Assembly: GCA_965112155.1 (NCBI GenBank)
Contig: OZ218105.1
Source of the DNA: Podarcis liolepis
Lineage: Eukaryota
Strand: one strand, 5' to 3'
Length of the DNA stretch: 64,000 nt
Shown here: piece by piece, positions 23,360-38,423 of the stretch
How positions within the stretch are numbered: position 1 is the stretch's first letter
Layout: each line of letters opens with the position of its first letter
Notes under the pieces: model-generated
What the model was told of the DNA's origin: nothing
Seen by the model: the letters and a program-made list of their open reading frames with translations, nothing else
Databases searched by the model: none
Translations under genes and position numbers: made by a program

Positions 23360-26300
23360 ATGTTACATTAGGAAGAAAGGGGGGAAAGAGGTGGAGAGGT
23401 CATGGTGAGTGGGGCTGGGGTCGGGTGGCAATGTTTCTATTTTACTTAATGTATGTGTGGGTTTTACATTTTACATTTTACTTAATGTATGTTGTATCAG
23501 TGTCGCTTGTGCGGGTTCTCTTCTCTATTCGTTTGTGTTCCTTTGATGGTGAGAGAGGTTGGGGTTGGTGTAGGGTGTAGTTGTTTGTTTGTGATTGGCT
23601 GTGGTGGACTTTGCTTTCATGTGTGAGTGGGGTGGGTGGGTTTTTTTTTAATCAGGTTAGCCATATTGATTCGTATGCTGTTGGTGGATTCTTGTCGTTG
23701 TCTGATAAAAGGGAGCCATACTGGGGTGACGGTGTCTTCTTCCATATGTCCCAGTTGTCAGTTTCAGCTTATTGGTTAGTTTTTCTAGTAAGGCTGCTTC
23801 CCATACTATTTGGTACCATTGGTCTTTGCTTATTCCTGACAGGTCTCTCCAGTGTCTGGCTATGATGTTTCTGGCTGCTGAGAGTAGGTGGGTTATGAGC
23901 TCTTTGTGATGTGAGTAGGCATGATTGTCTTGGAAGATGTTTAGTAGGGCCAGTTCTGGGGTAACTTCTAATACTTGTTTAGTTATTTTGCATATTTCTC
24001 GCATGGTTGTTACCCAGACTAGTTGGATTTGGGGCATTCCCACCACATGTGGAGGTACATATTGTTAACAACTCCATCTGTCGTATTTTTCCCAGATATT
24101 GAAAAACCTATCCAGAAGTCTGGAGAAAGAGAACTACTTTCAGCCAATGCTATAAAACCTGCCACACTTCACCAAAGCCAAGGTCAGACCAGATGCTAGT
24201 GACTTTGCCCTTGAAGGGCATTGCAAACTTCACCACCTGAATGTGCTCTGCTGGGTGGCTATTCCAGTGATGACATGGAAGTAATCCTTACTAATCACCA
24301 TCCCTACCACACGATAGGCATGATTTTGTGCTCTAACCTGTGCTCAGTCCCCTTCTTTGTGATCCTTGCACCACTTGCTCTAGCCATCACCTGGCTGGGT
24401 CATTCAACTGGAATGGTCTACAGTGCTAGAGAGGTCATGCAAGAACAACCATGTCAATGCACCTTTTCACACCACTAGAGCCTCAAAAGGGGTGCCAGTC
24501 ATGCCAGTGAAAAAATAATTTAAAATGTATTTTCTCACAAAAAATGGATTCCTCCCCCCTCAAAATAAGAACATATAAATGTATTTTTTCTTAAAATAAA
24601 CATTTTCAAATGCCTTTTGAGATCCTTTCTTTCTAGCTGAGAACTGTCTCAGAACATTTGGAAAGTGTGAAAGCTGGTGGATAACTAAGTTCTGATCCAT
24701 ATGGGAAATGCAGCTGAGGTCAGTTCTTTTTGTAATTCATTATCACTGGATTCCTCAGACAGTCCGACCCAAAAGTATGCCCCATTTATTTCAACGAAAT
24801 GTATGCCCAAATATGAAAGCTTAGGGAAGAAATCCTATGAACATAAGGTAAGTCCCACTGAAAAGTACACATTGATTTACATACTTAGGCCACAACTTCC
24901 ATTCTCTGCTGGCAGGGCTTTGCAAAATGGTGACGCTGCCGTCACAACAGACTGTATGGTGGGACAGCAGAAGGCCATGGGCAGGACAATGAGGCGCATC
25001 ATCAGCACCTGATGAAAATGAGACTAGCTTGGATCCAATGTGCAGTGCTGTGGTGGAGAGGTACCACAGGGGAACACAGTTTCAACACTATTTTCAGAAG
25101 AGGTATGATGATGTCACCTGCCAGATAGTTTTTCCTTGCCCTGGCAAGTAAGTGGAGTGAAAATGAAATATTCAAGTTTGAATCAGATTAAATTAGAGTG
25201 GGAAACCTCTGCCCCACGGGCCAAATTCGGCTCAGCAGTGGTCCCAGTTGGGCCTGTGAGGCCATGTCCAGCTGGCCTACATGACCTGTCCCACACAGTT
25301 TCAATGAAAACGTTGGCAGGTGGGGGTGGGATGGAACAATACACATGTTAATCTTCAGATACCATAATGATGCCAGGTGACTGACTGGTAGGTTGTTTCA
25401 CCTACCTGTCAAAATTGACCCATAAATATGTAGCCCCCTAGACCAAGAAGGATCTGAAAAAAATGAGGAACATTCCCCCCCCCTTTTTGCAGGCGTGGCT
25501 TTGGGAGCCATCATGATAAACTCCCACACCTCAGAATTTATCACTGATTCATGGCAAGAAGGCTAAAAAGCCCTTTCAGAATTAAAATTCTCCTTTCAAA
25601 TAAGATTGTTCACATTGCGTTCAATGACATACTCACATTCCCTGATCCCAATCTCTGTAAGGAATTGGGTTTTCTTTTCTAAAGTTTAGGGGCTTGTGTA
25701 ATCTCTTGGGTACCTGGCGCTCAAGTGCATTTTACAAAATGAAAGGAGAGCTTGCGTCACTTCACATATCTGATGGAGTCACTCACAATTTAATGCAAAA
25801 CTGGCCTTGCCAATCAGACTCCCCAGGGTTTCCCAAAGTGCTTCTGAAGAGCAGTATGTTTTTGTCTTTTGCTGGAAACAGACGGGGCACTAAAGAGTAG
25901 TTATTTTTAAAAGATTCAGGTAAAAAGCTTGGCCATATAATACCCCTAATCTTTCACACTCATCCCAACTCCTCATTCCTCCTACATTTTACTATGCTGT
26001 CAATAAGCATAGTGTACTGTTCTCGCGTGACATAAAAAGATTATCTGAAAATTCCCCCCCCCCTTGTTGTAGACAACTTGTTTGCCTAGCAATATAAATT
26101 TGAGAGAACAGTGCTATTTAAATGAAATGCCAAAAGACAAAATTCCACAATATATCTTTCTTCTTTCAAAAAATGCATTTTCTTTGTAGTTCAAGAGGCT
26201 GTGTGTGTGTGTTGTTTCCTAGTGAAATATGGGGAGATTGTTACTTCTTATCCAGATGCATTTAGGTACTTACTTGTTACATACCAAAGCCTGAAAGACA

Positions 26301-29300
26301 TTAACACTCCTATAAGCCCCACTCCCTGACACCACCTTCATTTACTTCACTATAATTGAGAGGACATCTCTCATTAGTCCCCATTATTAAAGTTCAAGTG
26401 TGGAAGTAGCTTGAGCTTCTGTGCCGCTTTTATTTGCTCAATTACATGTTCTTCCCTAGCGTTGCTTAGTGTTAGAATACCAGATCTGATGATCCACCAA
26501 AGACTATTGGGTATACATGTGATCATGACCCCTATTCTGGCTTCTGTTCCTCTGACATTCACACTCTCCAGAAATTTCCTCTGCCTAGTTAAGCAAATCT
26601 GGATAATCAATTATCCCTTAACATTTTTTTTTTTATATATAAAAATGGTCTATGACCTCTTTCTTGTATATGTGATGCTTGCCATTAGCTTAATGTCATG
26701 CGATTAATTTCTTCTCGGTATATCCCTCTAAGGCTCAACAAGATGTCCTAGTTGTGGCCAACCCATCTTTCCAATGAAAACCTTCGCACTGTAACATGGG
26801 AATGATATCACTACAGATCTATTATTTCTCGGAACAAGATATTTCAATTTGCATAAAATATTCTGCATTGACAGAGTGCCAAGATGGAACACCTAATGAC
26901 CATTCTTCACAATGATCTTGCAACAGCATTAAGAATATTAGGAACTTCGGTGCTAGACTTAAGGAGATGCCTCCCACCACCCTTTCCCATATACCTCCCA
27001 CCAGCTAATTTACAGCCTTGTGACTTTTTCTAAGCCCTGACATTGCACTGACCAGGATAATGGGCCAAAGGAAATTTCTTACATGATGTAATTTTGCTCA
27101 CATTAAGCACCGTGGTTCATAGGTTGCCATATAAGGTCAACTGCAGATATTAAAACCCCTAAACTGAGAAAAGAGAAAATGACAATTTGAGTCCAAATTT
27201 AAATAGATTTCTGTAAGCCAACTAAGGAAAGAGCATCCCCTGTATCAACATGATACACTTTTATATGCATGGGCGAAAACATCTTCTTGTCCATTATCAT
27301 GTTACTAGCTGTTTAACGTGAGGTTTATTTGACAGTACAATGAGCAAACAGGACTTCTATATATATTTAAAAAGAACGACTCCATTCCTTTTTTCTTTTG
27401 TAAAACAAAAGGAACTTTAAGGTTCTTCATCCCATGGGAAAAATGGGTAAATGTACATTTTGGACACAGATCAACACATTACAGAATGACACTAAGAAGA
27501 AATTAATTAAGTGAATGGTTTCACAAGCCTGTCATTTGTGTTTAATAAAGGTTATGGAAGGAAATGTTGGCAGGGCATGTTCATTCCCCTGATGTAGGAT
27601 AACGAACACTTGCAAAGTACAATACCCAAGGTCCCAGGAAGCAGGTCCTCCTTTTGCCCTGGATGAAGTTGTGCATTTTTTAAAAAAAGCAAAATCTTCT
27701 GTTGCAGTTTTAATTTGAAGAAGAGTTGAGTAGCAAAACTGAAAATAAAACCCTTTTCAGCAATTAAAAAATGGATTTATCACCACAAATTTCACCTAAA
27801 TCAAACACTTGAGGCAAATTTTGTTTTAATAAAATTTGCTTTGGTCAGAGAGCATGATTGGCTACCGCCATCAATTCATGCAACTTGCAGCCTGGGTTCA
27901 TTTCTATGCTGGTCCTCTGATTGCTGTGTGTGTGTGTGTTATGGATTGTATATTTGTGGGAGATTGAGGTGTATATGCTCAGACTTTTTATTCTTTCCTC
28001 AATTTTCTTTCATATGGAAGGTTTTAATAAAATGTTCTTAAAAACCAAACATAATAATAAATGATTGGTTGAGTTGTATGAGAAATCTTGTTGGGGTTTA
28101 AAGAGCTGAAATAGGACTAACAAAATTTCTCAGAAATCTCTGTTATTCAAGTCACTGCTAGTCAACTTGTTCTGTCCAAGAGATGATTTTTTTTGATATT
28201 TAGCAGATCTTTTTCAGCCCAGGGGTCATCTTCCTTTGTGGACAAACCTCCAGTGGATGCATGCTACTGGTGGATGGTGTTTGAGAGGCAAAAAGTAGGT
28301 GGGGCCAGAGGCAAAAGTGAGCAGAGCAACTGATGTGATGCAGCAGGCTGTGTTCCAGCCAGAGGTTTCCCACACACCTTTTCCCACCCAGGCAAGGAAG
28401 AGATATTATGATGGCAAAGGACACATTATTATGGTAAAGGCAAAGCCACTCATGGAGAGTGTGGAGAAGGGCTGCTTATGGACATAGCCGGGGGAGAAGG
28501 GGGTATGGACTGGGAGAATCTAGAAGACCAGATACAACAGGAGTTAGAAAAGCTTCCACTCTCCCTTCATCTTCTCTGTAGGCCTCTTTCCTATAGGTAT
28601 CATAAAGGTGCTGTTTTAATTGGGTTCTCAACAAATTCATGGCGGGCATGATATCTACAGTTACTAGACAACTTGCTATTTTTGCCTTTGCATGCATGTT
28701 GGTTTTTCTCAGTTCCACCGTCCATGAACGACAAGCAGAATAATGAATGTAAGCGTGGGAAGCGGCGCCCACAAAAATCGCACCATTTCTCATGACACCA
28801 TGTAATATTACTTTGTGCAGGTTACACCATGTCACCAACCATTTGGGCCCATTGCCACATTTGCAAACTACGGTAAATTGTCATGGGCACCTCCCCCCAC
28901 CCACACCACAACCAAGCCCACTCTACCAATTATCTTGGTAACAATCAAATGCTTTTTTCCATGCCTAATTTCAGCAGTGTGCAACAGGGAATACCTATGT
29001 GGATATATGTCAACCCATGGGAGCCACATTGGTAACCCCTGCCAAATACAATGACCTCATTCTCCAGTTTTCTTTCTGGAGGGAGGCAAGGTAACGGGTG
29101 AGAAGAGGGTAGATAAGCACGATAACTATATGGTTTGTGACGCTGGAGCATCAGAGATGGAACAAATACCATCTGAAAATTCCCTGAGTATATCTTGCTT
29201 TGCATTCACAAGTATATGCCAAGAGAATATGAAATTGGTGGCCACACACGGAGCAACCCAAATTAACTCCCCATCACACAGTGAGAAATATACTGACACA

Positions 29301-31218
29301 TACACCATTGCCATATTGAAATTACAAATCAATAAAATTAGACACTGATGATAACCAAGCTGTGATTTCCCAAATTGCTATTTGATGTCACGGAAACAAA
29401 GCAGATCATAGAAACAAAACACAGAAAATATTTTATTTCTAAAGACATTTATTTAAGTATGAAGATATCCCTAATTTCCTCTTATATCAAGCTATAAGCG
29501 TGGTGTGCTTGTTGAACCTTTAGTTCTGCTTTAAATAAAATTAACATTCTAAATCACTCACTTCGCCTTCACTTTTGCAAACCTCAGAGGTAAATAAAGC
29601 CAGGTTTTAGAGATGCTTTCTCATTTCTGCACTCCAGAGAGAACTGGGAAGAACGGCTTCCTGAATTATACAAATATATATGTGCGAGTATGTTATGTTT
29701 TATTTTTATTGATCAGAATGCCTTGTGGCTGCAAAAATCGGGTTGATAAGTCTCTTCCCCTCCCCCAAGTTTGCATGCAAGACTGTCTGAGTGTTAACTG
29801 CTACTTTTTGAAAAACCTCTATATTATTATGGTATTTATAGCATCTCACTTGTATTCCTTTTCATTAGATGCAAGCTAAAGAAAGAACCTTAGCATCCTC
29901 CTTGGCCCAGCTATACCTTGCATTTATGATTTCCATTTTAAACTTGAATCCTGATTGCTATTCAGCATTGGCAAAAGAAGAGGAAAGGAGATATTTCAAC
30001 CAAGGGGACTGACAGGAACAAGCAAGGAACACAGATGAAATAAGAACTTCCAACAGAAGGGAGGGAGGGTCATTGCCTCTGAAAAATCTGGACTGTTTGG
30101 TCATAATTGCCAGGCAATACATAGATATCATCCAACAGCCAGAAACATTTCCAATATTACATCACATCCACTGCTGCTGCCTGCCAGTGTGTTAGCAGTA
30201 AATCTGAAGGGCCAGGAATGTAAGTGGAGCTTGTCTATTGACAATGAGGTTCTGGCCTCTGTTCTGCAGCAGTAAATGCCCTTCTCACCAGAATTAAATG
30301 ATCTGCTAAATATCAAAAATACTCTAGTGAGAGCAAAGGCTTTCCCCTTAATTTTCTAGGGGTAGACGGTTGGAGAATACTTAGACATGTTGAGAGGGTA
30401 TAAATAAAACAGCGGAGAACTCTTGGAAGAGAAATGCATGGCTGGCAACACTCCAAGCCCTCAGCAGCCAGCCTCAGTTTGGAGGTAACACATGCTCCAC
30501 ACTCTTTTTAACCTTTATTTTGGACAGAGAAAACTTGATACAAGCCATAACAGTCATTCTGCCTGTGCTCCCCTTTGCAGGCTCTTTGCTCCTTTCCACA
30601 AATGTGGCATCAGGTTATGTTTCTGGTCACAAAGGATCTTTTTGAGGCAGATGCTAATGAGAGTAGCTGGGGTTTTTGTTTTTTTTTTTAAAGGAAAACA
30701 GTGGGAAAAGTCCAGTGGAACCAGATCACGGAATTCACGATGTTCAGAGGGCACAGCATGGTAATCTTCAGCACTCATGTCAGATTCAAACAACTGCTTA
30801 CGGGAGAGAGTGCAGAAAAGGGAGTTGCATTTAAAAATAACATAAAATATATTTGCTTTGCAATATCCTCCCATCTTTGCAACACCATGCAGGATAATCC
30901 TAACTATGTCTACTCAGAAGTAAGCCAAACTGAGTTCAAATCAATTGGATGGACTGCCAGCTAAGCATTTATATTATTGTAGCAGCCACATGTCCTGGGA
31001 ATAACTCTCAGTGAACTTGATGGAACTTTGCTTTTCAGTCAGATTATGGCGTAATTTAAAAACAAACACCTAGACAGCACAAGGGACTTAATAATCTGTA
31101 GAATACTATTGGTTGGCAATGGGGGGGTGTTTGCAGGGCATACCTCACAGGTGTATGTTGATGTGCTGTAATAATTTAAAATTATTGCTAGGTAGTCCTT
31201 CTAGTTAGTATTCTGGGA

Positions 31219-31245
31219 TATCTATCATCTATCTATCTACCTATC

Positions 31246-31292
<47 letters not shown>

Positions 31293-31302
31293 ATCTATCT
31301 AT
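31219..31302. repeat. (TATC)n / GATA-type tetranucleotide microsatellite
   Basis: Direct reading. Confidence 0.95.
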
Positions 31303-31843
31303 ACATGCATGCATCCATGCATGCAAAGTCTCTAAAATATGGCTAATCTTCAAAGTGATCTAGCTGTAATTTGCACTACTGCTTGCTGATTACTCCAAGA
31401 ACTTTGTGACCTGGAAAGTGTTTATACTCACTCTGAACAATGCCAAAATTAGTCTTGGCTCCCACTCAACATGCACTTGGAAATAAGAAAGAGATACAGG
31501 CAAGAAATGGTGCAGGCTCAGCAACAGACACAGTGGTCAGGAGTCATGATCCAGGAGTTCAGAAACAAACCAGAACTGGACAGATGCAATGAAGATGTCC
31601 CAACAAGTTTTCCTGCCCCTCCTGCCAATTTTTTTAAAGACAAGGTGTGGCATGCTCCATGCTCACTCATGAGACCCTTTTACCATGTGGAAGTATCAGG
31701 GTTGCAAGTGTGTGCTCTGTCAAGGAGGGTGGGTCTGCTTACATCTGAAAAACAGCGAATGTTGCTGCTTGGAAAGGCAGCAAGGAGGGCAGTGGAAGGA
31801 AGAGGGTAGAAGAGGTGGACAGCAAGGTGGGCAGGTGGAAGGT

Positions 31844-31846
<3 letters not shown>

Positions 31847-31891
<45 letters not shown>

Positions 31892-31961
31892 AGAAGTAGA
31901 AGTAGAAGTAGAAGTAGAAGTAGAAGTAGAAGTAGAAGTAGAAGTAGAAGTAGAAGTAGAA
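31847..31961. repeat. Compound (AG)n + (AGAAGT)n microsatellite
   Basis: Direct reading. Confidence 0.95.
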
Positions 31962-34900
31962 GCAACAGTCAGAGGGTGACTTGACCAGCCACTTGCTCAC
32001 AAGCGGTGATCAGGCTGATATTTCAGCAGTGGAAAGTTATCTTCAGGAAGACTAACTGCTCCACCAACTCAGCATCCAAGCTGGTGCAATGGCATGTAAC
32101 TATGTTGCCCACCACAAGGTGGGAAACCCTCTTGCTTGAAATGGTGGTGAGTGGCAAGAAACATGTTCTTGGGCAACCCAATCTAGATCCTACCAAACCT
32201 GGAGATCGGCTGCCCAGTAGTTCACAGGGACTGTGGCAGTGCCTTCCATGGGCTCTGCCAGGTAATGTGCCACCACCACTGCCTCATTATCCCAGTGGGT
32301 GGGTTTGCTGGCTCTCAATGCCACCATTCCCTCCAAACTTTTGGCCCAGTTCAAGTTGTGCGGCCCTAGTGTACGAGGCACACGTAGAAGAGATTATGCA
32401 CACAAAATGATAGGAGCAAGTCTGAATATGGCAACTGCCACATTTGATATGTAACACGAAAAGAGAGCCAGAATCAGATTGAGGGGCTCGTCCCCTTTTT
32501 CACAGAAACTCAAGAGAAAGGTCAAGATTAGCATGGTGGCTGAGAACACATCCCTTCCCTCCTTACATAACAAAGTATATGAAAGTTGACTTTGCACGTA
32601 AGATGAACTTGATGGAACTTCATCATCATAAGTGCTGGAACTCATACCAATTTAATGAATTTTGAGGTTGACTGGTTTGCAGTTAGCAAAAGAGCTTCCC
32701 TCACCACCTGACATATACTAGTCACTGTGTCTAATGCCTTTTCCTGACGCCTGGGGGTTTAAGAGCATATACTAGCCATATGCCAAATCAGATTTCTGTG
32801 CTACTTAGGTAAATATGCTATAGTTCTTACATCAAGTTTCATTAAAGAAAAAAACACACCCATGAATTCTATCAAAGGTTTAAGATGTGCAAATAATAAT
32901 CCAGGTCACAATTAGCATTTAGAGGAAGGCTCAGCAAATTTCAAGGGAAGGATCAACCAACAATGATTTAAGTAGCCTTTAGAATGCGTTTGCTGCCTTT
33001 CCTTCTGCTTTCAGAATTCATATTAGTTGCTAAATAATTCACTCTTTTTATTTAAAAAAGATAGAGAAAATAAATATAAAAGGAACTTTTCAGCACAAGT
33101 GGAAGAGGAACATTTTTTTAAGCCAAGTAAACAATAAGTGAGGATTGTATTCTCTGCCTCCACCAATTTCATAGCCATAAAAATATGAAGGTGAAATGTG
33201 TGAGTTATCTAGTACAGTTACTCAAATACTGTATTATGACCATAGGGGGGAAAAAACCACAACAACCCCAAAACTGATTATTTATGCTAAGGATAAAATT
33301 TTCCAAATTAGGCATGTAGTTTAGGACATTTTTCTATTTGGCAATCACTAGGCTTGTGTTACGCACAGCAAATATGTGAAGAATAGATGACTGCTATGTG
33401 TCAGTACATTCTGGTGGGCATATTCCCAATGGGGGGTGGGGTCCTCAGTTGGATCACAAGGCCAAAATCTGTGAGTATGAATGCTTAAGGATATACACGT
33501 GTCATTCATACTTGTTGTAGAAAACAGCCAGGTACCAAATGCTAAGTGTAGATCAACACTTAGCAACTACGCAAAAGAAATATGGTCTGCAACTCAGCTA
33601 TGTCATCTGTGCAACCTTATGGAAGATCTTGTTTCCAACAAACCTAGAATACTGAAGCCAGGGCTGGAGCCCTCAGGCAGCAGGTGCTTGGGGTGGGGGC
33701 AGGGGTAGCCCATCCCATTTCATTGCTGAAGCCTCACTTACCAGGGAGAGGGGCGGTGGCAGCAGCAGCTTATGCCACGATCTTGTCAGAAACCACTGCC
33801 ACCGCCATGCAATGGTGATGGGCACCTCTTCATGGGATTCCTCCACCTGAGGTGGCTGCTTCAGTCCACCTCATGGGCAGCCTGGGTGGAAGTGCTGAGA
33901 TGTTTGACATTATATGTGCCATGCAGCCTACCCTGTGCCACCTAAGTTAGCTTGCTGTCCTCTTGCCTAGCAAAGGATAATTTTACCCAGATCCAGGATT
34001 GAAGACTGCGTTGGCACTCGAGTTTGGTTCTGTATGTGGCATGGCAGGATGGCCTTTTGTTCCCTCACCAAAAGGAGCAAGATATCTTGGGCTCTGCTTA
34101 CAGCAATGCAGAAGGATTTATTTGTGCATCCAAGAAAGAGACAATAGTCAATACTTTGTGTAATGCTTTTTTTTTGCAGAGTAGGCATAGAGAAGAATGG
34201 AGACAGTATATGCAGTTCACTCAGGCCTTTCAATTTCCATGAATTTGTGCAAATCTTTGCTCAGGGCTTTTTGTTCTGTATGGACTCCAACACGCACACA
34301 CATAGCAAATTGTGCACCCATAAAATCCAAACATGGTATCAGTTATGCCCTCTCCTCCACATAATTTGCCCTGTCAGTCACTCTGTATCGGGTACTAGTT
34401 TCCTGATATGGTCAAGTGGGCATTTTATTAGACTGTTATCTTGTGGTAAAATTTAGAAAACTTACATTGGAACACCACCCAGTTACACAATCTGAGGTTT
34501 TTCCAAGCTGTACAATAAGCCACCTTGTCAGGGGTCCAGCAGCAAAACAAAAACCTGCAGTAAATTATTGATTGCCTGCCCACACAAAAATGAGAACCCA
34601 TCCTTTATCAGGATGCTTCTTTTATAAGCAGTCTGGAACCAGTTGAAATTTTGTAGCTTCATTGGGGTTGTTTTTTGTTTTTTTTTAGAATGCCATTGTG
34701 AGAATTACATGCACACACACCAGGTCTATTCATAGATGATGAATACATGGCAGTTAAGCGGTAACTAACCAACTACTTTCAATAATATTTCGAAGGCCTC
34801 AAAATGGGAGCAGCCCATATTTCACAGATTTTTGAACGTTAGCTATAACCCAACTTATGCAGAATGCACTTCAGGTCAAGGTAATAGGCAACTTAAGGCT

Positions 34901-35908
34901 GCCATGTGACAAATATATACTTGGAAGGAAGTCTTATTGAGCTCACTCTGACTTACCATACCTCAGGAAAAGCATGCCTAGGACTATACTGTAAGTCACA
35001 TCAATTTCAGTAACAGAGGCCATGCTGGATTCCAAGCAAAACAAAACATTGCAAACTTGTACCATAGTTAGGCAAACCCAAATGTTACAAAATAGCGAAC
35101 AAGGTTTTGAGTTCTCCAGGCTCAATGTTAAGGGATTGTTGGGGGGAGCAGTTCTCAGCCTTAAGCAGGAATCTAAGAACAGATAAGTGATATGTAGGTT
35201 TCAGGTCACAGCTAGAAATGCTGGAATACACCCCCCACACACACACACACACAACGGCTGATTCACCCTTTTTAAAAATAAATAAATAAATCCAGTACTT
35301 GTCTGGGATCTGAGGTAAGGAGAAACATAGCAATTTTTATCAGTGCTATGCTGAATTTTTCTCCTGCATTTTTGAAACCATTCTCCCATCAATTAATGAG
35401 AAAAAGAAATTGAACTTGAATCAGTGGAGGGGGAAAAAATCAGAGAACTACTCATGGGTGAGGTGTGGGGGTTTGTTGCACTTAACTTACTTTAGAGCTG
35501 GCCAAGGGGTATTTGGAAGTGTCTTTTCTTCCATTTTACAAATAATTTCTGCAGCGTTCCCAGGTGCCTGCACTCTAATTAATGGGTGGTGGGTGTTCCC
35601 CAAGTCCTGTACAATACAAGTTGCTTTGGGGGCTTACCTGTCCCACCTGCCCAGAGTTCTGGGGTTTCAGTGGGTGATGGTGCAGGATGGCCTGCTTATT
35701 AGGGTTGCCGCTCCCCTTCAACGAGGTTGGCTCAACCGAAAATACTGCAGGCTAGACCTGCAAAGTTGAAAGCTTGAATTTCCTCACTGTTTTGGTTTTC
35801 CCTGAAGGCATGCTACTAATTTAATAGAGACCTAGTTCAGCTATAATCTGCTTTCTCAACTCCTCATTTCCTCCTTGGGTTGCAACTACAATTCACCATA
35901 CTGTAACC

Positions 35909-36044
35909 CAGGCATCCCCAACCTGGGGCCCTCCAGATGTTTTGGCCTACAACTCCCATGATTCCTAGCTAACAGGACCAATGATCAGGGATGATGAGAA
36001 TTGTAGTCCACAACATCTGGAGGGCCGAAGGTTGGGGATGCCTA
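35909..36044. mobile_element. Palindromic hAT MITE with perfect 8-bp TSD
   Basis: Long TIRs CAGGCATCCCCAACCT..GGCCCTCCAGATGTT / AACATCTGGAGGGCC..AGGTTGGGGATGCCTA. TSD CTGTAACC at 35901-35908 and 36045-36052. Confidence 0.9.
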
Positions 36045-36720
36045 CTGTAACCGCAATGCCTAAACTGAATTCAAGTTTTTGCAGTGGTCTGCACAGTCAC
36101 TAGGCTGATGGGATTCTTTAAGAATGGAACAAACTTCTAAATTTGTATTGAGTTGTTTAAGATGATACACCAGTCACTAGTATATTCTCTTCCACTCTTA
36201 TGATAGCATTGCTTCTCTCATGCTGTGCAGAAGAGAAACAATGCTTATTCAACAAGAAATGACTATTGGATACTGGGATCCTCACAGGAATAAACATTTT
36301 CCTTTTTAAAAAAATGCCCTGCTTTCTTGTGCAGATAACGAGATCAGGAATTGTGAACAACAAAGCATTATTCTCTTAATATTATCAGCGTCTTTGATGA
36401 CAATAGAAATGGCGCAGGTAACTCTTCCTTGCCAAATTGCTGAGATAAATAATAAGTGTGATCATCTTTGGACTTCACAGACCTTGAAGGGAATAACAGT
36501 TTTATATGGAGGCTGGCTAGCGCAGGGAATTGGTTAGGGAAAACAGAGAAATGCACATTTATATATCATCAGCATCGACGCCTTTAGGTTTTGATGCCAG
36601 CTGAAAACTCTCCCCACCACCACCACCTGGCTTTCCTTTGTCTGAATTTAGGTTTGCTGCTTTCTGCACTTTGCTGGTTGATTGCTGCCTTTGAATTTGT
36701 GATGGCTGTATATCTTGCAA

Positions 36721-37060
36721 GCAATCCTATGCACAAGAAGCAATCCTATGCACAAGAATCTGGCACAATGCAGGCCAGTGCAAGTTAAGGCAGCGTAAAG
36801 TTACATCAGATCCAAACCCCATTCAGTAGCGGGGCTACTGCCTTAGCGTGGCAGAAGAAAAACAAGCCTTTAAAATACTGTTCTATGCCATCTTTCCAGG
36901 CCATGTGATTGAGCTGAATGGGCTTAGGATCCAGCATAAGTCTCCCCTCTTCATTCTAACCCCCCACCAGACCTCCCAGAATGCCCCATTTTAGGATTTA
37001 CACTGGCATCTGCTCAGTCCGCTTCAGCTGTGCCATCTGAACCCCATCTGAGCCAGAATG
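36721..37060 (+). repeat. Unclassified interspersed repeat, same family as 7843-8290
   Basis: See 7843-8290. The start carries a 19-bp tandem duplication of GCAATCCTATGCACAAGAA. Confidence 0.65.
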
Positions 37061-38423
37061 AACAAGATTCAGAGACGTCTCTTTGGTTGACCTGGTACTG
37101 GGGACTCAACAGCCTCTTGAGCTGCAGATCCCCTGCATTCTGTGTTGTTCATTCTGGTGGATTTTAAAGGAGGCTTCCTCCTACCTCCTACCCAAAGCTG
37201 AAGGAGCAAGCCTCTTTGAATCATTTATACAATCTACAATTTTCATAATCCTTATTATAATTTAAAGTTTATTTAAATGATAAAAATTGAAGCCAAGGTA
37301 AGTAGCTCTGTTTAGTTACATTGACCTCAGGGAGGGCTACTGTATTAGAAACTAATAACCGGGAGGTTATTTACATAGTCAGTTTACTGGAAACTGACTG
37401 GGCAATTTGCAGTAAAATATAAACTTTGTTTTTCTTGATGCCTAACAGAGTTTGGTGTTCTATTTTCTTGTGAAACCCCAGTGGAAAACATGCTTTTACT
37501 GTGAAACTAATCCAACTAGATATCTTCACAATCTTAATAGGCAAAGTGGATTGACCTCAGTTCATCTTCATGGAGCTTAGAACAAATTGATCAATTTACT
37601 TTCTAAATAATTACCATTTGAATGTTGATTTTCCTTTCCCTCAGATTAGCACTTTACAAAGCTTGTATCTAGTCATTTTAATTCAGGGTAGCTTCACTGC
37701 AGAGAGAGAGTGCACAGTAGATACAGGAGACAAGAATCTAGTGATTCTGAGTAATGAAGATTTATTTATTTACACTTTTGTTAAAGTATGGGAAAAGAAA
37801 TAAAAATCCAGAAATAGATTTGCCTATAACTGTAGGGGTCAAAGAGCTTCATACCCGCTTCCTTAAATTCAGCATTCAATAGCCAAATATTGGGTTTCTG
37901 TAGATGGAACAAAATGAACCCTATTTTAAACTCAATCTACTCAGAAGCAAGGTTATGAAATTTAAAGATAAAGTGAATCAGATGGGAGAAAAGATAAGAA
38001 ATATTAAGACATAGATAATAATCAACACTGGGAGCTTGCTTTTTGATGGACTTATATATCAGCATTCAACATGGTGTCACTTTTTTTAAGAACTGCAAAT
38101 ATTTCATCTCTGAGGTGCTTGAACCAACCATAAGTCCTCTTATTCCTACTATTCCTTGATATTGAGCAGGGTTGGTAAAACTCTGGTTCAGGGATGCTCC
38201 AAGAAATTGTTCTGCCTGACATGGGATTCCATTATTTCTAGAGTCAACACTTCTTCAAAAAAGTATTGTTGTATCATTCCCATACTAATTCCTACCTTCC
38301 TCTTGCTTCCACCATGCTTGCATGCTTCAGGAGTCAGGACTCTCTATTATCTCTATTCTATATGCTTGTTCCATACACTATGAATGTTGAGCACTGGTTG
38401 TTATGTAAAGTGAGTGATCATTA

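Larger units (their letters stand above)
20896..24062 (-). mobile_element. 5'-truncated L1-clade LINE (ORF2 C-terminus and 3' UTR), split by the Ngaro element
   Basis: Minus strand from 24060 reads MYLHMWWECP, then after a frameshift IQLVWVTTMREICKIT...LLSAARNIIARHWRD...WYQIVWEAALLEKLT, typical of an L1 ORF2 C-terminus. The 3' UTR runs from ~23650 to 23361 and resumes at 20990-20896, ending AATAAAA. Confidence 0.8.

Noticed and set aside
31480-31760. Possible decayed LTR (also ~14000-14280)
   Set aside because: Only a compositional impression; no TG...CA ends, TSD or second copy could be fixed.
31685-31984. ORF with an RS/RE-rich tail resembling an SR splicing factor
   Set aside because: Purely a translation of the (AG)n and (AGAAGT)n microsatellites; no RRM or exon structure.
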